Below, in pieces: positions 12,063-25,102 of a stretch of 64,000 nt of DNA. Origin of the DNA: Octopus sinensis (lineage: Eukaryota); NCBI RefSeq assembly GCF_006345805.1, contig NC_043022.1:3906001-3970000 (forward strand). The letters run 5' to 3'. The notes under the pieces are model-generated. The model saw only the letters and a program-made list of their open reading frames with translations, did not search any database and had not been told where the DNA came from. Position numbers and translations under genes: made by a program. The stretch's first letter is position 1. Each line of letters begins with the position of its first letter.

Positions 12063-12345
12063 GGTAAGCGTGGGAATATCACTTGGTAAGCGTGGGAATA
12101 TCACTTGGTAAGCGTGGGAATATCACTTGGTAAGCGTGGGAATATCACTTGGTAAGCGTGGGAATATCACTTGGTAAGCGTGGGAATATCACTTGGTAAG
12201 CGTGGGAATATCACTTGGTAAGCGTGGGAATATCACTTGGTAAACGTGGGAATATCACTTGGTAAGCGTGGGAATATCACTTGGTAAGCGTGGGAATATC
12301 ACTTGGTAAGCGTGGGAATATCACTTGGTAAGCGTGGGAATATCA
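12063..12345 (+). repeat. 22-bp minisatellite GGTAAGCGTGGGAATATCACTT x13
   Basis: Units start every 22 nt from 12063 to 12327, with one variant (GGTAAACG at 12239); single copy at about 38022 in the paralog. Confidence 0.97.
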
Positions 12346-12764
12346 GCGTATTGTTATATGCATTTACATTTCGTTTTTCATTGCAATATGATTTAAATTG
12401 TGCTGGTTAGCATGTATGTATGTGTGTGTGTATATGTGTGTGTGTGTATGTGTGTGTGTGTATGTGTGTGTGAGTGAGTGAGTGAGTGAGTGAGCGTGTT
12501 TGCTAGTCCAACATTCATGTAACGTTCCATCAAAGAGTCGCATATTACTTGCAATAAAGCACAAATAGGTTACACTGGCAGAGTGAATCTAAAAGCAACC
12601 AACGGAGTGGGAGCAAGGGATTGTCAGAGACGCTAGATGCAAGTGAACTGTGCTGGAAGGTTCTGCTCTGCAACAGCTGTTATTTCATTCAAAATAAAGC
12701 AGCAAATTTTGATCGGCAATAATAGTTAATTCATAAATTTCTCCATAAACACACTTTGCATTGT

Positions 12765-13085
12765 CTCTCTGTCCGGCACTTTCCACTGCCCTTGGTGTAG
12801 GGCTTACATTTGGCTAAAATCTTCCAATGGATGTTGTAACTGACACCTTTATCATTTAATGACCATATATGATTGGATAATTTTGTCGCTTTCCTTTTGT
12901 CCCAGTGCCTAAAACTCAAGGTGTGGTTATTGAACCTGGCCTTGAAATTACCCTCTGTAAGGCCTACATATTTCTTTGTTGAAATAGAGTCCACGGTAGC
13001 TTCGTTGATGAAGGTCTTGGACATGCAAGCTCCATTTAGCAGGCACAATTTTTTATTCCTGCATGAACCGCTGTTTTTGCATTGT
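12765..13085 (-). mobile_element. PLE GIY-YIG endonuclease fragment (duplicate at about 38450-38770)
   Basis: CLLNGAC...YVGLTEGNFKARFNNHTLSF...TKLSNHIWSL.DKG..YNIHWKIL..C..C. Confidence 0.85.
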
Positions 13086-13498
13086 AGTTTTTGTGTCTAT
13101 GCGGAATGGAATGATGGCTTATCTGGAAAAAAAGTTTAGACCCTACTACATGTCTAAACTCAAGGACAGAACTTTTCGGGTCATGCCCATATGTGACCAA
13201 ATTTTTGTTACGTTTTTGGTCCTCAAAAGACTACAGATAGAACTTGCTTTCTATATTATGTCCACGCACAAGTTTCTTATCTCATTATACCATTTACTTT
13301 TATTTTTCATATATTTATATATATATGTTATAGAGAGTTTGGTTTAAAGATATATTATTTTTTACACATAATAATTTTTTTGTACTCTACCTCTACCTTC
13401 CACCCTTCATTTTTCCTTGTGCCTATATAGATGTGTATATGGATTCAATTGTACGCGTGTGTGGATGTGTATGCGTGTGTGTAGGCATGTATGTATCT

Positions 13499-14018
13499 GT
13501 CAAGACCTACCAAAAACTGAGCAAGTATAAAGATCTTGAAATAGTAATTGGAAAAATGTGAAACCTCAAGACTAAAACAAGACCTGTTGTTGTGAGTGCC
13601 CTAAGAATGATAGCAAAAAGGACTGATGGCTCAGATGTCAGGAAATCCAAAAATAGATGAAATTAAAAAATACTGCTCATAGGAACTGCTCATATCCTGC
13701 GTAAATATTGTCTATGTAATCCCCAAATTTTATTAATCCGTAAACAGTGTCAAATTACTTTGAAATGTACATAACGGCAATCACCTTTTACTGTCATCTT
13801 AACATCAGACAATCATCTTCTAATCAAATTACTTTTAAAACAAATCTCTAATTTACTTTTGTTTTGACAGACATTCTCTAGAACAATACTCTGTACAAAA
13901 CCAAATATATGACACCCTAGGCATAACACCAACATGAACTTCTAACTAGTTGTCTCTTGAGGTCTCTGGGTGAGACTTGGAGCCAACTTGTACAAATACA
14001 AAGCTAAAGCCAAATATC

Positions 14019-14030
<12 letters not shown>
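13499..14030 (+). mobile_element. R4/Dong-like LINE 3' end (duplicate at 39185-39705)
   Basis: TYQKLSKYKDLEI..., GTAHILRK and 3' UTR GTCTCTTGAGGTCTCTGGGTGAGACTTGGAGCC ending in (AAT)n. Confidence 0.85.
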
Positions 14031-14050
<20 letters not shown>

Positions 14051-14053
<3 letters not shown>

Positions 14054-14572
14054 GCTTCTGATCTTAACTGATTGGAAGTGTTATCATGTGCATTGTTTTG
14101 TCTTGGTATAAAAGATGGGCTACAGCAAATATTCTGCTCAATACCACAGATTTGCTTGTCAGTTGTTTGACCGTAACCAGTTGAGCATGTCCCTTAGTGG
14201 CTGACGATATGTGCATCTCTGACCACGAGCAGAAGTAGTGGGGGAGCATCATAGTCATGTGTTGAAAGGGATCCTTTGGGGTTTGAATAATTCACCTCTG
14301 AAAACATGGGTGTTTCGTTCAACATCCTTAAACAACCCTTATTCAGGGACCTTTTCGGTGGGATGGATTACTCAACCTGAAGAAAATTCTAATGGGCCCC
14401 ACCTGCAAGGTCATGCAATGTTTGTCTTGGTATGAGATCACCATGTCGCGCACATATGGTTCTGATGCATGTGCCTGGTGTACCCTTATCGGACAGGTAG
14501 TCATGACGGGTATATTGGGCTTCGTATATTTTATCCCACTCTCACTTTGATGACTTGCACTGCTCTCTCGCT
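14051..14572 (+). mobile_element. Non-coding about 556-bp element flanked by (AAT)n (copies 17070-17417 partial, 39721-40242, 53130-53685 most complete)
   Basis: Four alignable copies, all ending ACTGCTCTCTCAC(T)C/T followed by (AAT)n; no ORF and no tRNA head seen. Confidence 0.8.
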
Positions 14573-16479
14573 TAATAATAATAATACCAATTAGCAAGTA
14601 TTTAATTTGTACTTATATGACCACTGGGCTGACTGACTTAGGGAATGTTTAGCCAATTAGCTGTTTAATTGCCTAGTCAGCTCACTGCTTAGGTGCTTTC
14701 GATGTTAGTTCAGAAGTTAGACTTGCGTCTTATAATCTCCCAATCTAGGTCACTTTTCTAGTCATTACCGTAATTATCATCCTTAATACCTTCCCTAATT
14801 CTTCCAACGGAATCAATTCCTTTCATTGTCTTCTAATTTCACACTCCTATTTTATAAAGCTTTTGCACCATTTCCACACACACACACCCCAACCGCCTTA
14901 ATTCCTCATTGTCTAAATAGTTTTAATGATACTGTTGGCATTCTTTTTTCCTGAGCATGGTACTTGTGTATTTGTTTGGTTTATATATTATGTCCTAAGT
15001 ATTTTGGGATCCCTTATAACATATACTACTTTTTCCATGCTTTTATTTAAAATAGGCTTGAAATTTCGTGGGACCAGTTGATTACATCTACCCTAGTGTC
15101 TGATGGTACTTATTTTATTGACCCCGAAAGGATGAAAGGCAAAGTGGTCCTCAGCGGAATTTGAACTCAGAACATGAAGACGGACTAAATACCTATTTCT
15201 TTATTGCTCACAAGGGGCTAAACATAGAGGGGACAAACAAGTACAGAGAAACGGATTAAGTCAATTACATCGACTCCAGTGCGTCACTGGTACTTAATTT
15301 ATCGACCCCGAAAGGATGAAAGGCAAAGTCGACCTCGGCTGAATTTGAACTCAGAACGCAGCGGCAGACAAAATACCGCTAAGCATTTCGCCGCAGTCTT
15401 CATCCACACAGAGCTTACTCAACCATGTTCCAGTTCCAGCGACAGACGACCAGACCAGCCAGTCGTGTTCCTGCTCCAGCCAATGACGACGCTAACATAC
15501 ACCAGCAACGCCACCGACGCCTTCATCTCAACGTCGCCTTTCTCTGCCGTCGCCATCACCATCGTCGTCCTTCACCTTCACGTCGTCTCCATCTCCGTCG
15601 CCTTCATCTCCAGCAACACTAATATGTACATAGCACTCATTCGGGTGTAGCTTTCACGCTGTTATGATTTTCACCGAGGTTAACAGCACAGCACTACCTG
15701 CGAGATATTCGGTACCAATGTAACCTGGCACAGCATTGAAGCCACAACCACTACACGACATGTGTTCAACCGGCATCTGCACTTGTGATCCGAACATCCT
15801 GTTACAGAACGAACTGCTATTATGTACTTTACTACGAACTGGTAAATTAACTCCATCTTGTCTGAAATACCCTGAGAGGCTTTTCCTATGCGCTGTATTT
15901 TGTTTTGCCCGCATACACCTTGTTTGTACTTCTGTCGCACACACGAACACACATAGTTAATACACACATAAATGCTATCTCTGTCACATTCATACGCTAC
16001 ACATGCCTTTCTCGCTTGTTTTCCATGCTCAATGTGCCCTTGTAAACACAACTCATCTCTGTAAGACCCTAGGTCGGTCACGCATACATAGAGAAAGTTG
16101 TTTGTCCCTTACAACGTGCCAGCATGCCACACTTTTGTTCCTGCACGACCGAGGCATATAATAGCTCAAGCACTGGCTGGCAGCCTCAGCCTTACTGCAT
16201 TAATCACTGGGATATTCAATACTGTACACTGTATTTCAGCCTTGCAAGCCCTATTGCACTCATGCACCTCTGTTCTGCACGTGTACTCCCTTGTTTTGCA
16301 ACACGTCTGCGTCAGCTCAATTCTTCTCCCGACTCAAAGCACTTCGGATGTTTACATGCGCTGCGCTCATGTTTAGGCATAATTTCCCCCTGTTAGACCC
16401 CTGTTGGTCACGTAATTAACAGAGAAAATTATCTGTCTCGCACCGAAGTTGCACCCAAAAAGTGTAAAGGAGCAACCAG

Positions 16480-17005
16480 TTCCCTTTACGTAACTATCAA
16501 AAAGTATTAAAAAGTTTGATATACATTAATACAGATATATACACTTTGTATATATACATTATATATACATATTTAAATATAGAACACACACACATGTATA
16601 TAAACGCTCGTTGGTGTGTTCTGTTTGTATTTGGTCGATGGGCGCGTTGACAGGTAGACAATAGAATGCGGTGGCGATGGCGATAGAATATTTGTTTCTC
16701 TGTATAGAGATACATGAGTAAAAGTTATGGGAAGCTAAGAGATAGAGTGAGTGAAAATGTTCTTACATTAAATAACGGGAGTGGACTAGATGAAGGGGAG
16801 TGAGAGGGAAAGGAGGAAATAGCGTGAGTGAGGAAGATGGCCCCTAGCAACCACACCTTTTAAGATAGGGATTTCTAAGGTAGCCCACTGGCATCGTCAC
16901 CTCATTGTACATGTCCCTGTAAATTTTGGAGCGAATCGGACGGGACGTAGTGGCACTGAAAGTGATCCAAGCGGTAAAAACGCATTTCAGTTTTATATAT
17001 AGAGA
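16480..17005 (-). mobile_element. Non-autonomous Helitron-like 5' portion
   Basis: Minus strand A^TCTCTATATATAAAACTGA start; 3' CTAG end not located. Confidence 0.5.
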
Positions 17006-17417
17006 TTAAAAAGTACGACGTAAATAAATATAAATGATTAAATAAGAATTTCTGATGCTCTGTGTTCAAAGTAGCAGAAGAAGTGGGGGAACATCATAGC
17101 TGTGTGTTGAGAGGAATTCTTTGGGGTTTCAATAATTCATCTCTGAAAACATGGGTGTCTCGTTCAACATCCTTAAACACCCCTTATTCAAAGACCTTTT
17201 GAGCAAGATGGGCAACTCGACCTGAAGAAAATTCTAATGGGCCCCACCTGCAAGATCATGTGTTGTTAATCTTGATATGAGATCACCATGTCTCACACAT
17301 ATGGTTGTGATGCATGTACTGAGTGTACCCTTATCAGTCAGGTAGCCATGATGGGTATACTGGGCTTCGTATATTTACCCCAGTGCCAATTTGGTGATAT
17401 GCACTGCTCTCTCACTC

Positions 17418-17480
<63 letters not shown>

Positions 17481-17499
17481 CAAGATGATATTGATAATG

Positions 17500-17580
<81 letters not shown>

Positions 17581-17584
<4 letters not shown>

Positions 17585-20500
17585 TGGTCTAGGGAAGATA
17601 ATAAAGAAGTTCTCGAGGCCTTCTACCATGCCATATATTTCCCCACAGATAAGTCTAGCACTGTACAAGCATACTTAAACTGGAGACAGAAACACCCTGA
17701 AGTAAGACCCTACATAGACAGTAACAAGCTTGCCAATGTTAGAAGAAACATTAAAAAAAGAAATTACTGACTGAAGTAGAGATTGATCAGGTTAGACAAG
17801 CAATATCGGATAAAATGAACGAAGCTGCAGCTAGAGAAGATAATACAGAGGAAATGATTATAGACCAGCCCAGGGCGGATAAAAACGAAGAGAGGATTGA
17901 AAGAGTTAGTATAAGTGATAGGCAAAGTGAAATACGCCCTGAACCAATCATAAACACTAAGACAGATGAGCATCAAATAGATAAAGAAAGGCACACAAAT
18001 ATTGACCCAACAGAACTACATGAGCTAAAAAATCAAATCATGATTGAATGGCTGAAAATTAAAGAAACCAGCATGGATGAGCGTGATACACTTCCTAAAG
18101 TCCGCAACTCTAACCAAAACATGAAAATAATTGGTAAAATCCGGCTTGCACTTAAGGATATAATTTCAGTTAATGATGTTGATATCACAACCTCAACCAC
18201 CTATACTATGCATCCGCGAAAATCTCAACGATCCTATGTGGTGTAAAGATTAGAAAACGGCAACAGTCCCCCACAAAAAGCTTTCTTGGCAAGAGCGTCT
18301 GCAACAACAAATTAAAGTATTTAGATCTGACATTGAATATTTGAAAAACCTTAAGGCTCACAAGACTACCAAACCTACAAAAACCCAAAAATTACTGAAA
18401 AAATACAAATGTGAAAACTATACTTGATATTGATGCCACCATAGAAACCATCAAACAAAAGGTATCTGCCAAAGCTACCCGCATAGCGAGGTATGAAAAG
18501 CGTGTTAGATTTTTCAAGGACAACAACATGTTCAAAAATAACACCAAGATTTTTACAGAAGATAGGAAAAACAGCGTTTACTGCAGGGTCTGTACCATCA
18601 AAAGAAGAAGTGCAGAGATTTTGGAATAAAATCTGGGCAGAAAAAAACACACAACGAAAAGGCCCCCTGGATTGACAGAATATCTACAGAACTGGACCCC
18701 TTAGAAGAGCAAAAGTGGGAGGGTGTCAAGGTAGAAGATATAAGATCTGCTCTCAGGAGGTCAAGCAAATGGAAGTCTCCAGGAAAGGATAAATTCCTAA
18801 CTTCTGGCTGAATGCCTTCCCAGAGAGCCATGAACTGCTAACAGAACTGTACAATGATGTTCTGCAACACCCTAGTAGGATGCCTCCTTGGCTAGTTAAT
18901 GGGTTAACATTCCTGCTTCCAAAAAGTGAAGAAACAAATGAACCAAAAAACTATAGACCCATAACCTGCTTAACAACTATGTACAAAACCCTAACATCTG
19001 TCCTGACGGAATATACCTATAGTTTTTTAACAGACAGCTGCATATTCCCTAATGAACAGAAAGGATGTAAACGTGGATCCTACGGCTGTAAAGACCAACT
19101 ACTCATCAATAAGATGATCTTAGAAGATTGTCACAAACGACACAAAACTTATCAATAGCTTGGATAGACTATAAAAAGGCTTTTGATAGCCTACCACATA
19201 GCTGGATTAGGAAAAGCCTTGAAATGTATAAGATAGCACCAACTCTGCGAACTTCTTGACTGTAAGTATGAGATCATGGAGAACCACACTAACTCTGAAC
19301 AGTGACAGTGAATCCCTAAATGCTGGTGATGTAAAATTTCGTGTGGCATTTTCCAGGGTGACTCACTGTCACCACTCCTCTTTTGTTTATCCTTAATACC
19401 TCTCTCAAAGCTGCTCAATGACGCGCAGTACGGGTATAAAATGTTTGATAAAAATATAAATCATCTCGTTTACATGGATGATTTAAAGCTTTTTGCAAAA
19501 AATGATCAACAACTCAAGGGCTTACTAGCGATAGTCAAACAATTCAGTGACGACATCAGAATGCAATTCGGCCTCGATAAATGTGCAAAGGCTACCTTTA
19601 TCAAAGGAAAAATGACAAAACATCTAACGTTAACCTTGACCAACAGAATGTCATAAAAGAACTAGACCCAGCGGAGAGCTACAAGTACCTAGGGGTAATT
19701 GAAGGGAACGGAATAAGGCATTCAGAGATGAAGGAAAGGATCAGGAGAGAATGCTATCGAAGAGTGAGAGCAATACTCAAGACAGAGCTGAATGCAAGAA
19801 ACAGGATCGAAGCAATCAATGCATTAGCTATACCAGTCGTGACTTACAGTTTCAATATTGTTAACTGGTCAATTACTGAAATATGTCAGCTCGACAGAAA
19901 AATAAGGAAACTGTTGACAATGCATAGAATGCACCACCCTAAGGCAGATACAGAACGACTCTATCTGCCAAGAAAAGAGGGAGGCCGTGGTCTTTGCAAC
20001 TGGCAATAAAACATGAAGATTGCTACAATTGGCCTAGACACCTACCTGAAAAACTCTGAGGACTAGATGTTAAAACTTGTCTCAAAACATGAAAACAAGA
20101 AAGCATCATACTCAGTCACAAAACAGGCAAAGGAATATCTAAGTGAATTCCGAATACAACCAATTTCGGAATTAGAGATAGACATACAAGAAACAAGCAC
20201 AGAAAAAGCTAGGCGCATGAAAACCGTGCCAAAACTGCGGCCTTAGATATTCTGAATAATAAATGGCAGAGAAAAACCTCTCTACGGCAAAATACCCAAA
20301 GAGAGCGAATAATGCAGATATCGACAAAGCCCTGACCCATCAATGGCTAATGGCCTCTGGCTTAAAATCTGAAACAGAGGGGTTTATCATAGCAGCTCAA
20401 GATCAATGCCTACCAACAAGAAACTACCAGGCCAACATATTAAAGATCAGAAGCAGTCCAACGTGTCGCGTATGCAAGCAACAAAATGAAACCATTGACC

Positions 20501-21246
20501 ATGTGGTCTCCAAGTGCAGTCTTCTAGCGCCTACAGAGTATCTCAACAGGCACGATAGAGCTGCACAATATATTCACTGGGTAATCTGTAAAAACCTGGA
20601 TTTGCCCCATGAAAAAAACTGGTGGGAACACAAACCACCCCCAGTGCTTGAAAATGACCACATCTCACTCCTCTGGAACTTCACCATTCAAACTGACAGG
20701 AAGATAGATGCAAATAGGCCAGACATCATATTGAAAGACTTCAAACAAAGAACATGCCTCCTCATTGATATGACTGTCCCAATCGATATAAACGTATCTG
20801 TCAGGACCTACCAAAAACTGAGCAAATATAAAGATCTTGAAATAGAAATCAGCAAAATGTGGAAGCTGAAGACTAAAACAATACCTGTTGTCATAGGTGC
20901 CCTGGGAATGATAGCAAAAGGGGCTGATAGCTACCTAACTCAGATACCAGGAAACCCAAAATGGCAGAAGTTCAAAAGATAGTGCTCATGGGAACTGCTC
21001 ATATCCTACGCAAAATACTCTCTATGTAACCTCAAGTTTTAAAACAACCATAATTTTCGGTTTAAAAAAAAAAAAAAAAAAAAACTTTTTTTTAGACATT
21101 CATTAGTACAACATCCCACCCCCCCCCCAAATATATGGACACACTAGGCATAACAACAACATGAACTTCCAACCCTGTTGTCTCTTGAGGTCTCTGGGTG
21201 AGACTTGGAGCCAACTTGTACAAATATAAAGCAAAAGTCAAACATA

Positions 21247-21247
<1 letters not shown>
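17581..21247 (+). mobile_element. Near-full-length R4/Dong-clade non-LTR retrotransposon (RT plus CCHC plus REL endonuclease), frameshifted, inside (AAT)n
   Basis: N-terminal KWSREDNKEV; PKNYRPITCL; QKGC...GCKDQLLI; GIFQGDSLSP; YMDDLKLF; YKYLGV; CRVCKQQNETIDHVVSKC; RPDI...LIDMTVP...K.SKY; stop at 21027-21029; (AAT)n at 17418-17580 and 21248-21295. Confidence 0.95.
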
Positions 21248-21282
<35 letters not shown>

Positions 21283-21339
21283 TAATAATAATAATGATGA
21301 TGATGATGATGATGATGATGGTATTTATAAACGTGTAAA

Positions 21340-22560
21340 AATATAAGAAAAAACAATATCAGATTATAACAAAGAACAATTCCCTGAAAGAGGAAAACTC
21401 CCTAGGGCTGCTTATGGAGACCCCACACAACTGCGGGCGCATGACCACGGCGAAAAACTGCTCCCTCCACATTGTCCTCCTTCAACCAACGGGTACATGC
21501 TTAGATTTGGCCCATTTACTCGCACCATTCTTGCAAAATTCACCCAACTTTTAAGGAAATTGTTAAGAGTCAGCTCTTCTCTCTCTAGCTTCACTTTTCT
21601 TTTCAAGTGAAACTTGAAAAAGCTGATGAGGACATGGCCAAAGAGGAATACGTCTATCTTTAGCCATTTTGACCTGGTCCACCACACAGCCTTTTCCACT
21701 AAGGCTAGGCAAAGAAACACTTCTTGCTCTTCTCGGCCAAAGAAGATGGAAGGGCAATCTTTAGGATGCATTCAGCTGATAACCGGATCCGTCTTACACG
21801 TGACGTGATGGCAGGTGTTCGATATAAATCCACAAGTCAGCAATTCTAGGTCTCTAAGAGTGTACAGAACAGTTTCATCTGCCTGCGCGCATCTCGAACA
21901 AACCCGTCTCATGGCACTTCCATCCTGGTAGAGTATGGCCTGAGTCAGCAATACTCCTGGGCCGAAAGTTCTCCGGAGCAGACCAGCCAGTTGATTCTCT
22001 TCAGTCCACAGAGTCTCACCGGAAACGTCGTTACACCTGCCCACCACTAATCTCCTATAGAAATCACCAACCTCATTGCCCGTCTAACAGAGGACTGTGA
22101 GCACCTGACGATACTCAAAGTGACAGCCAGCCAGCCTGGGTCTACGCTTGATCCAGGACTGCAGCTGAGACAAGAGACGAGCTGTGGGAAATCGTGTCTG
22201 ACAAACGGTGACCACACCTGCTCACCGTCTAGGAAGCTCTGGAGATGTCGCAGCCTCAGCGCATGTCTGCACATCAGCAGCCACTGCAAACCCGGCCCTC
22301 CATTCAGTGAGTGTTGACAGCGAATAGAGCACCTGACAAGTGGAACACGTTCCTTCCACAGAAAGTAGAAGCACGCGAGCTCCAGTTTGGTCCGAGATGG
22401 ATGTGGGTAAGGCACGACGGTCAGGTGATAATATATGACGGAGGCGATGTGTGCATTTGTCACTTTGCCAGACCCTCCAGGGATAGCTTTGTCTCAGCCC
22501 ATTTCTGGGTGACATTGATCTCCATGCTCGTCACCTATTCTCAGTTCTTCTCCAGCTGAA
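21340..22560 (-). mobile_element. Tx1/L1-clade LINE ORF2 C-terminal fragment
   Basis: KLELACFYFLWKER.P.V...CQH.L.GG.G..W..RHALRLRHL; zinc-knuckle relic CSRCAQADETVL; ALVEKAVWWTR. Confidence 0.8.
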
Positions 22561-22574
22561 GATCTGGACCAAAC

Positions 22575-22788
22575 CAGACACTGTTTTTTTCTTTTTTCCT
22601 TTTTCCTTTTTTTCCCCCATTTTTCTCTGTCTTCCCTTTTTCTGTCACATGACTTTGTAAATAAACAATCTGGTGTGTTTATTTTAATGACCTACCAATG
22701 AATACAGTGAGTTTCTTTGCGCTAGGTGTTGGGAAGCCACTCAGCAAGAAATGGGAAACCAAATTGAAAGAAGAAAATGATGATGATA

Positions 22789-22834
<46 letters not shown>

Positions 22835-22835
22835 G
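22575..22835 (+). mobile_element. 3' UTR of a second REL-LINE family ending in (GAT)n (same UTR at 42920-43060)
   Basis: Shared TTCTGTCACATGACTTTGTAAATAAACAATCTGGTGTGTTTATTTTAATG..CTACCAATGAATACA. Confidence 0.7.
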
Positions 22836-22844
22836 AAATAGCAA

Positions 22845-23250
22845 GAGAAAAATTAACCATTTGCTCTCAATGGATAACTTGAAGCTTTTTTAGTAAAAAT
22901 GAAAGAGATTTATTCTTTAATACAGACTGTAAGACTCTTCAGAAAAGATACAAGCAAGGAATTTGGCACAGATAATTGCGTAATATTAGTCACGAGAAGG
23001 GGACAGGTAGTCAACACGAAGGCATCCAATTACCAGATGACCAGACATTAAAATCAGTGAAAGAAGGAGAGAGTTATAAGTATGTAGGAGTATTAGAATC
23101 TGACAGAGTACTAACTACAGAAATGAAAGTGAAAATTGAGAAGGAGTAGATCAGAGGAGAGAGGAAGCTAAGTCAAAGATAAATGGCCCCAACCTCGTGA
23201 AGGCTGTAAATATTTGGGAAGTATCATTACTTTTATGACCGGCAGCTTTT
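22845..23250 (+). mobile_element. Decayed R4-type RT fragment
   Basis: INHLLSMDNLKLF, EFGTDNC, YKYVGVLE; many stops and frameshifts. Confidence 0.65.
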
Positions 23251-23568
23251 GTAGATTGGACGACAACAACAACAACAACAACAACAACAGCGATAAATTG
23301 ATTAATTCATACTTTATTTAGCTGCTAATTACCTTATGTCTTCATTATATGTTAAGATTTAATTTCTGTTCTTGAGACTGTGGTTAGGTAAAAAAAAGAA
23401 AAAAAAGCTGTGTGTGTAGCTCGATGTGATAATGTCTGAATAAGTCTGTGTGTGTGTGCATGTGTGTGTGTGTTTGCGTATGTTTGTGTGTGTGTGTGTG
23501 TGTGTGTGCTTGAAGATAGAATGAAAGCAAATACAGTGAGACAAAGCTCGAAGCTTTCTCTCGATTCC

Positions 23569-23886
23569 TCATCCTAAATTAAGATTGTGGTTTCTTTTTC
23601 TTTTTCTTTTTTTTTTCTTTCCTTCCATCATTCCGCAATGTTCACAGCATTCATCTTCACTTTCCTCTTCTCTCGCGCTCACACTTTGTTTTCCGCTCAC
23701 TCTTTGTTCTTCGCTCTCACTTTCTTCTTCGCTCTCACTTTCTTCTTCGCTCTCACTTTCTTCCTCGCTCTCACTTTCTTCTTCGCTCTCACTTTCTTCT
23801 TCACTCTCACTTTCCTCTTCACTCACTCTTTCTTCTTTGCTGTCGTCTGTTTCTGCAACCAAGCTTGCGAGGACCATGCCCGCCAC
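23569..23886 (-). other. Acidic low-complexity ORF (ESESEE x about 7, 18-bp repeat) with CCEHCG and KKKKRKRKR, preceded by a strong acceptor
   Basis: 105-aa ORF in track; TTTATTTCAG/GTG acceptor at 23887-23889; no homolog recognised. Confidence 0.3.
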
Positions 23887-24284
23887 CTGAAATAAATAAA
23901 AAGAGAGAGAATCAACAATCTCTAAAGGGAAAACTTTGAATTATTCTCCCTTCCCCTATGAAGATAGAAAGCTACTATACAGGTTACGTGTATTATATAA
24001 TCCCTTGGTACCGTATGAATTGACAGGCCCCTGTTGACAGGCCACTGACATTTAAGGTACTAACACATACAATATGCGAATTAGCAGCCACAGATTTCTG
24101 TAATTACTGTAACTAATGAGTATATAAATAGATATCCTTGTGATTAGTCATAATGATGTAGACTCCTCTGATGAGACTACAGTAATCTTCTAATAGCGAT
24201 TAGTGTTTTCCATTAATCTACTGAAAGACAGCTAATCTAGCCCCGTTTATATATCAGCTGCGTAAATTACATATTCTTCTGTTT

Positions 24285-24655
24285 GTTTCAGTCATTTGAC
24301 TGCGGCCATGCAGGAGCACAACCTTCAGTCGAACAAATCGACTCCAGGACTTATTCCTTGTAAGCCTAGTACTTATTCTGTCGGTCTCTGTTGCCGAACC
24401 CCTAAGTTACGGGGACATAAACACACCAACTTCGGTTGTCAAACGATGGTGGAGGACACACACACACGCACACACATATATATATATGTATGCGACGGGA
24501 TTCTTTCAGTTTCCGTCTACCAAATCCACTCACAAGACTTTGGTCAGCCCAACGCTATAGTAGAACACACTTTCCCAAGGTGCCGCGCAGTTGGACTGAA
24601 CCCGGGACCACGAGGTTAGTAAGTAAGCTTCTTGCCACACACCCACTCCTGTGCC
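24285..24655 (-). mobile_element. tRNA-derived CORE-like SINE (copies 48850-49200 -, 58684-58835 +, 62020-62215 -, 63714-64000 +)
   Basis: A-box TGGCTGTGTGG, B-box GGTTCAGTCCC, CTTGGGCAAGTGTCTT core, GTGAGTGGATTTGGTAGA body. Confidence 0.85.
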
Positions 24656-24799
24656 TATAATGTATGTACTTGTCTCAGGATGATCTCAGGATTATCCTGT
24701 TGATAATTTTAATAATTATTTTAAAGTCTAAACAAAGCAAGTTAAGACATTAAACATACAGGTTGATGGTTAGTTCTATTATCTGATATTTCAACATTT

Positions 24800-25060
24800 T
24801 AGGGTCAGAACCTGTTCTTCTGGGAATATACAGAGAAAAGTTGTTGATAAATGATGTCTCTGCTTTGTAGTGTGTGTATGAATGGCTGTTTTCTCTAAAA
24901 GTGCTTTGTTTAAGTCGGATATGTTTTAAATATGCGAGCTACACTTGTTAATTAAAACTGCTTCTTTTATCCTTAAGTTCCCATTATTTCTTTCTGTAGA
25001 TTCAGTGGTACCTTTGACGTCTTGGGTGCAGCATTTGCACAATTTTTTTTTTTTTGACAG
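24800..25060 (-). mobile_element. Possible decayed PLE GIY-YIG C-terminal fragment
   Basis: CKCC..D.KG.T ... HYKAETSFINNF pattern only; many stops. Confidence 0.35.
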
Positions 25061-25102
25061 AAGAAGCGTTAGCATAGAAATGTTCTTGGATCTTTTTGGC
25101 AG

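Larger units (their letters stand above)
9462..15392 (+). repeat. About 5.9 kb segment A of a direct duplication; partner at 35354-41096
   Basis: Colinear RTE, SINE, unique islands, GIY-YIG fragment, R4 tail, AAT-flanked element and SINE dimer in both copies; high identity by eye except the first about 600 bp. Confidence 0.95.

Noticed and set aside
12063-12345. CRISPR array or iterons
   Set aside because: Head-to-tail 22-mers with no spacers in eukaryotic DNA
14195-14255. CTGACGA in the AAT-flanked element as a hammerhead
   Set aside because: Followed by GAAG rather than GAAA and no NUH in register with helix I
24155-24245. CTGATGA...GAAA hammerhead candidate in a pLTR-like context
   Set aside because: Stem II does not abut the core and no helix I or III can be formed; at most a relic
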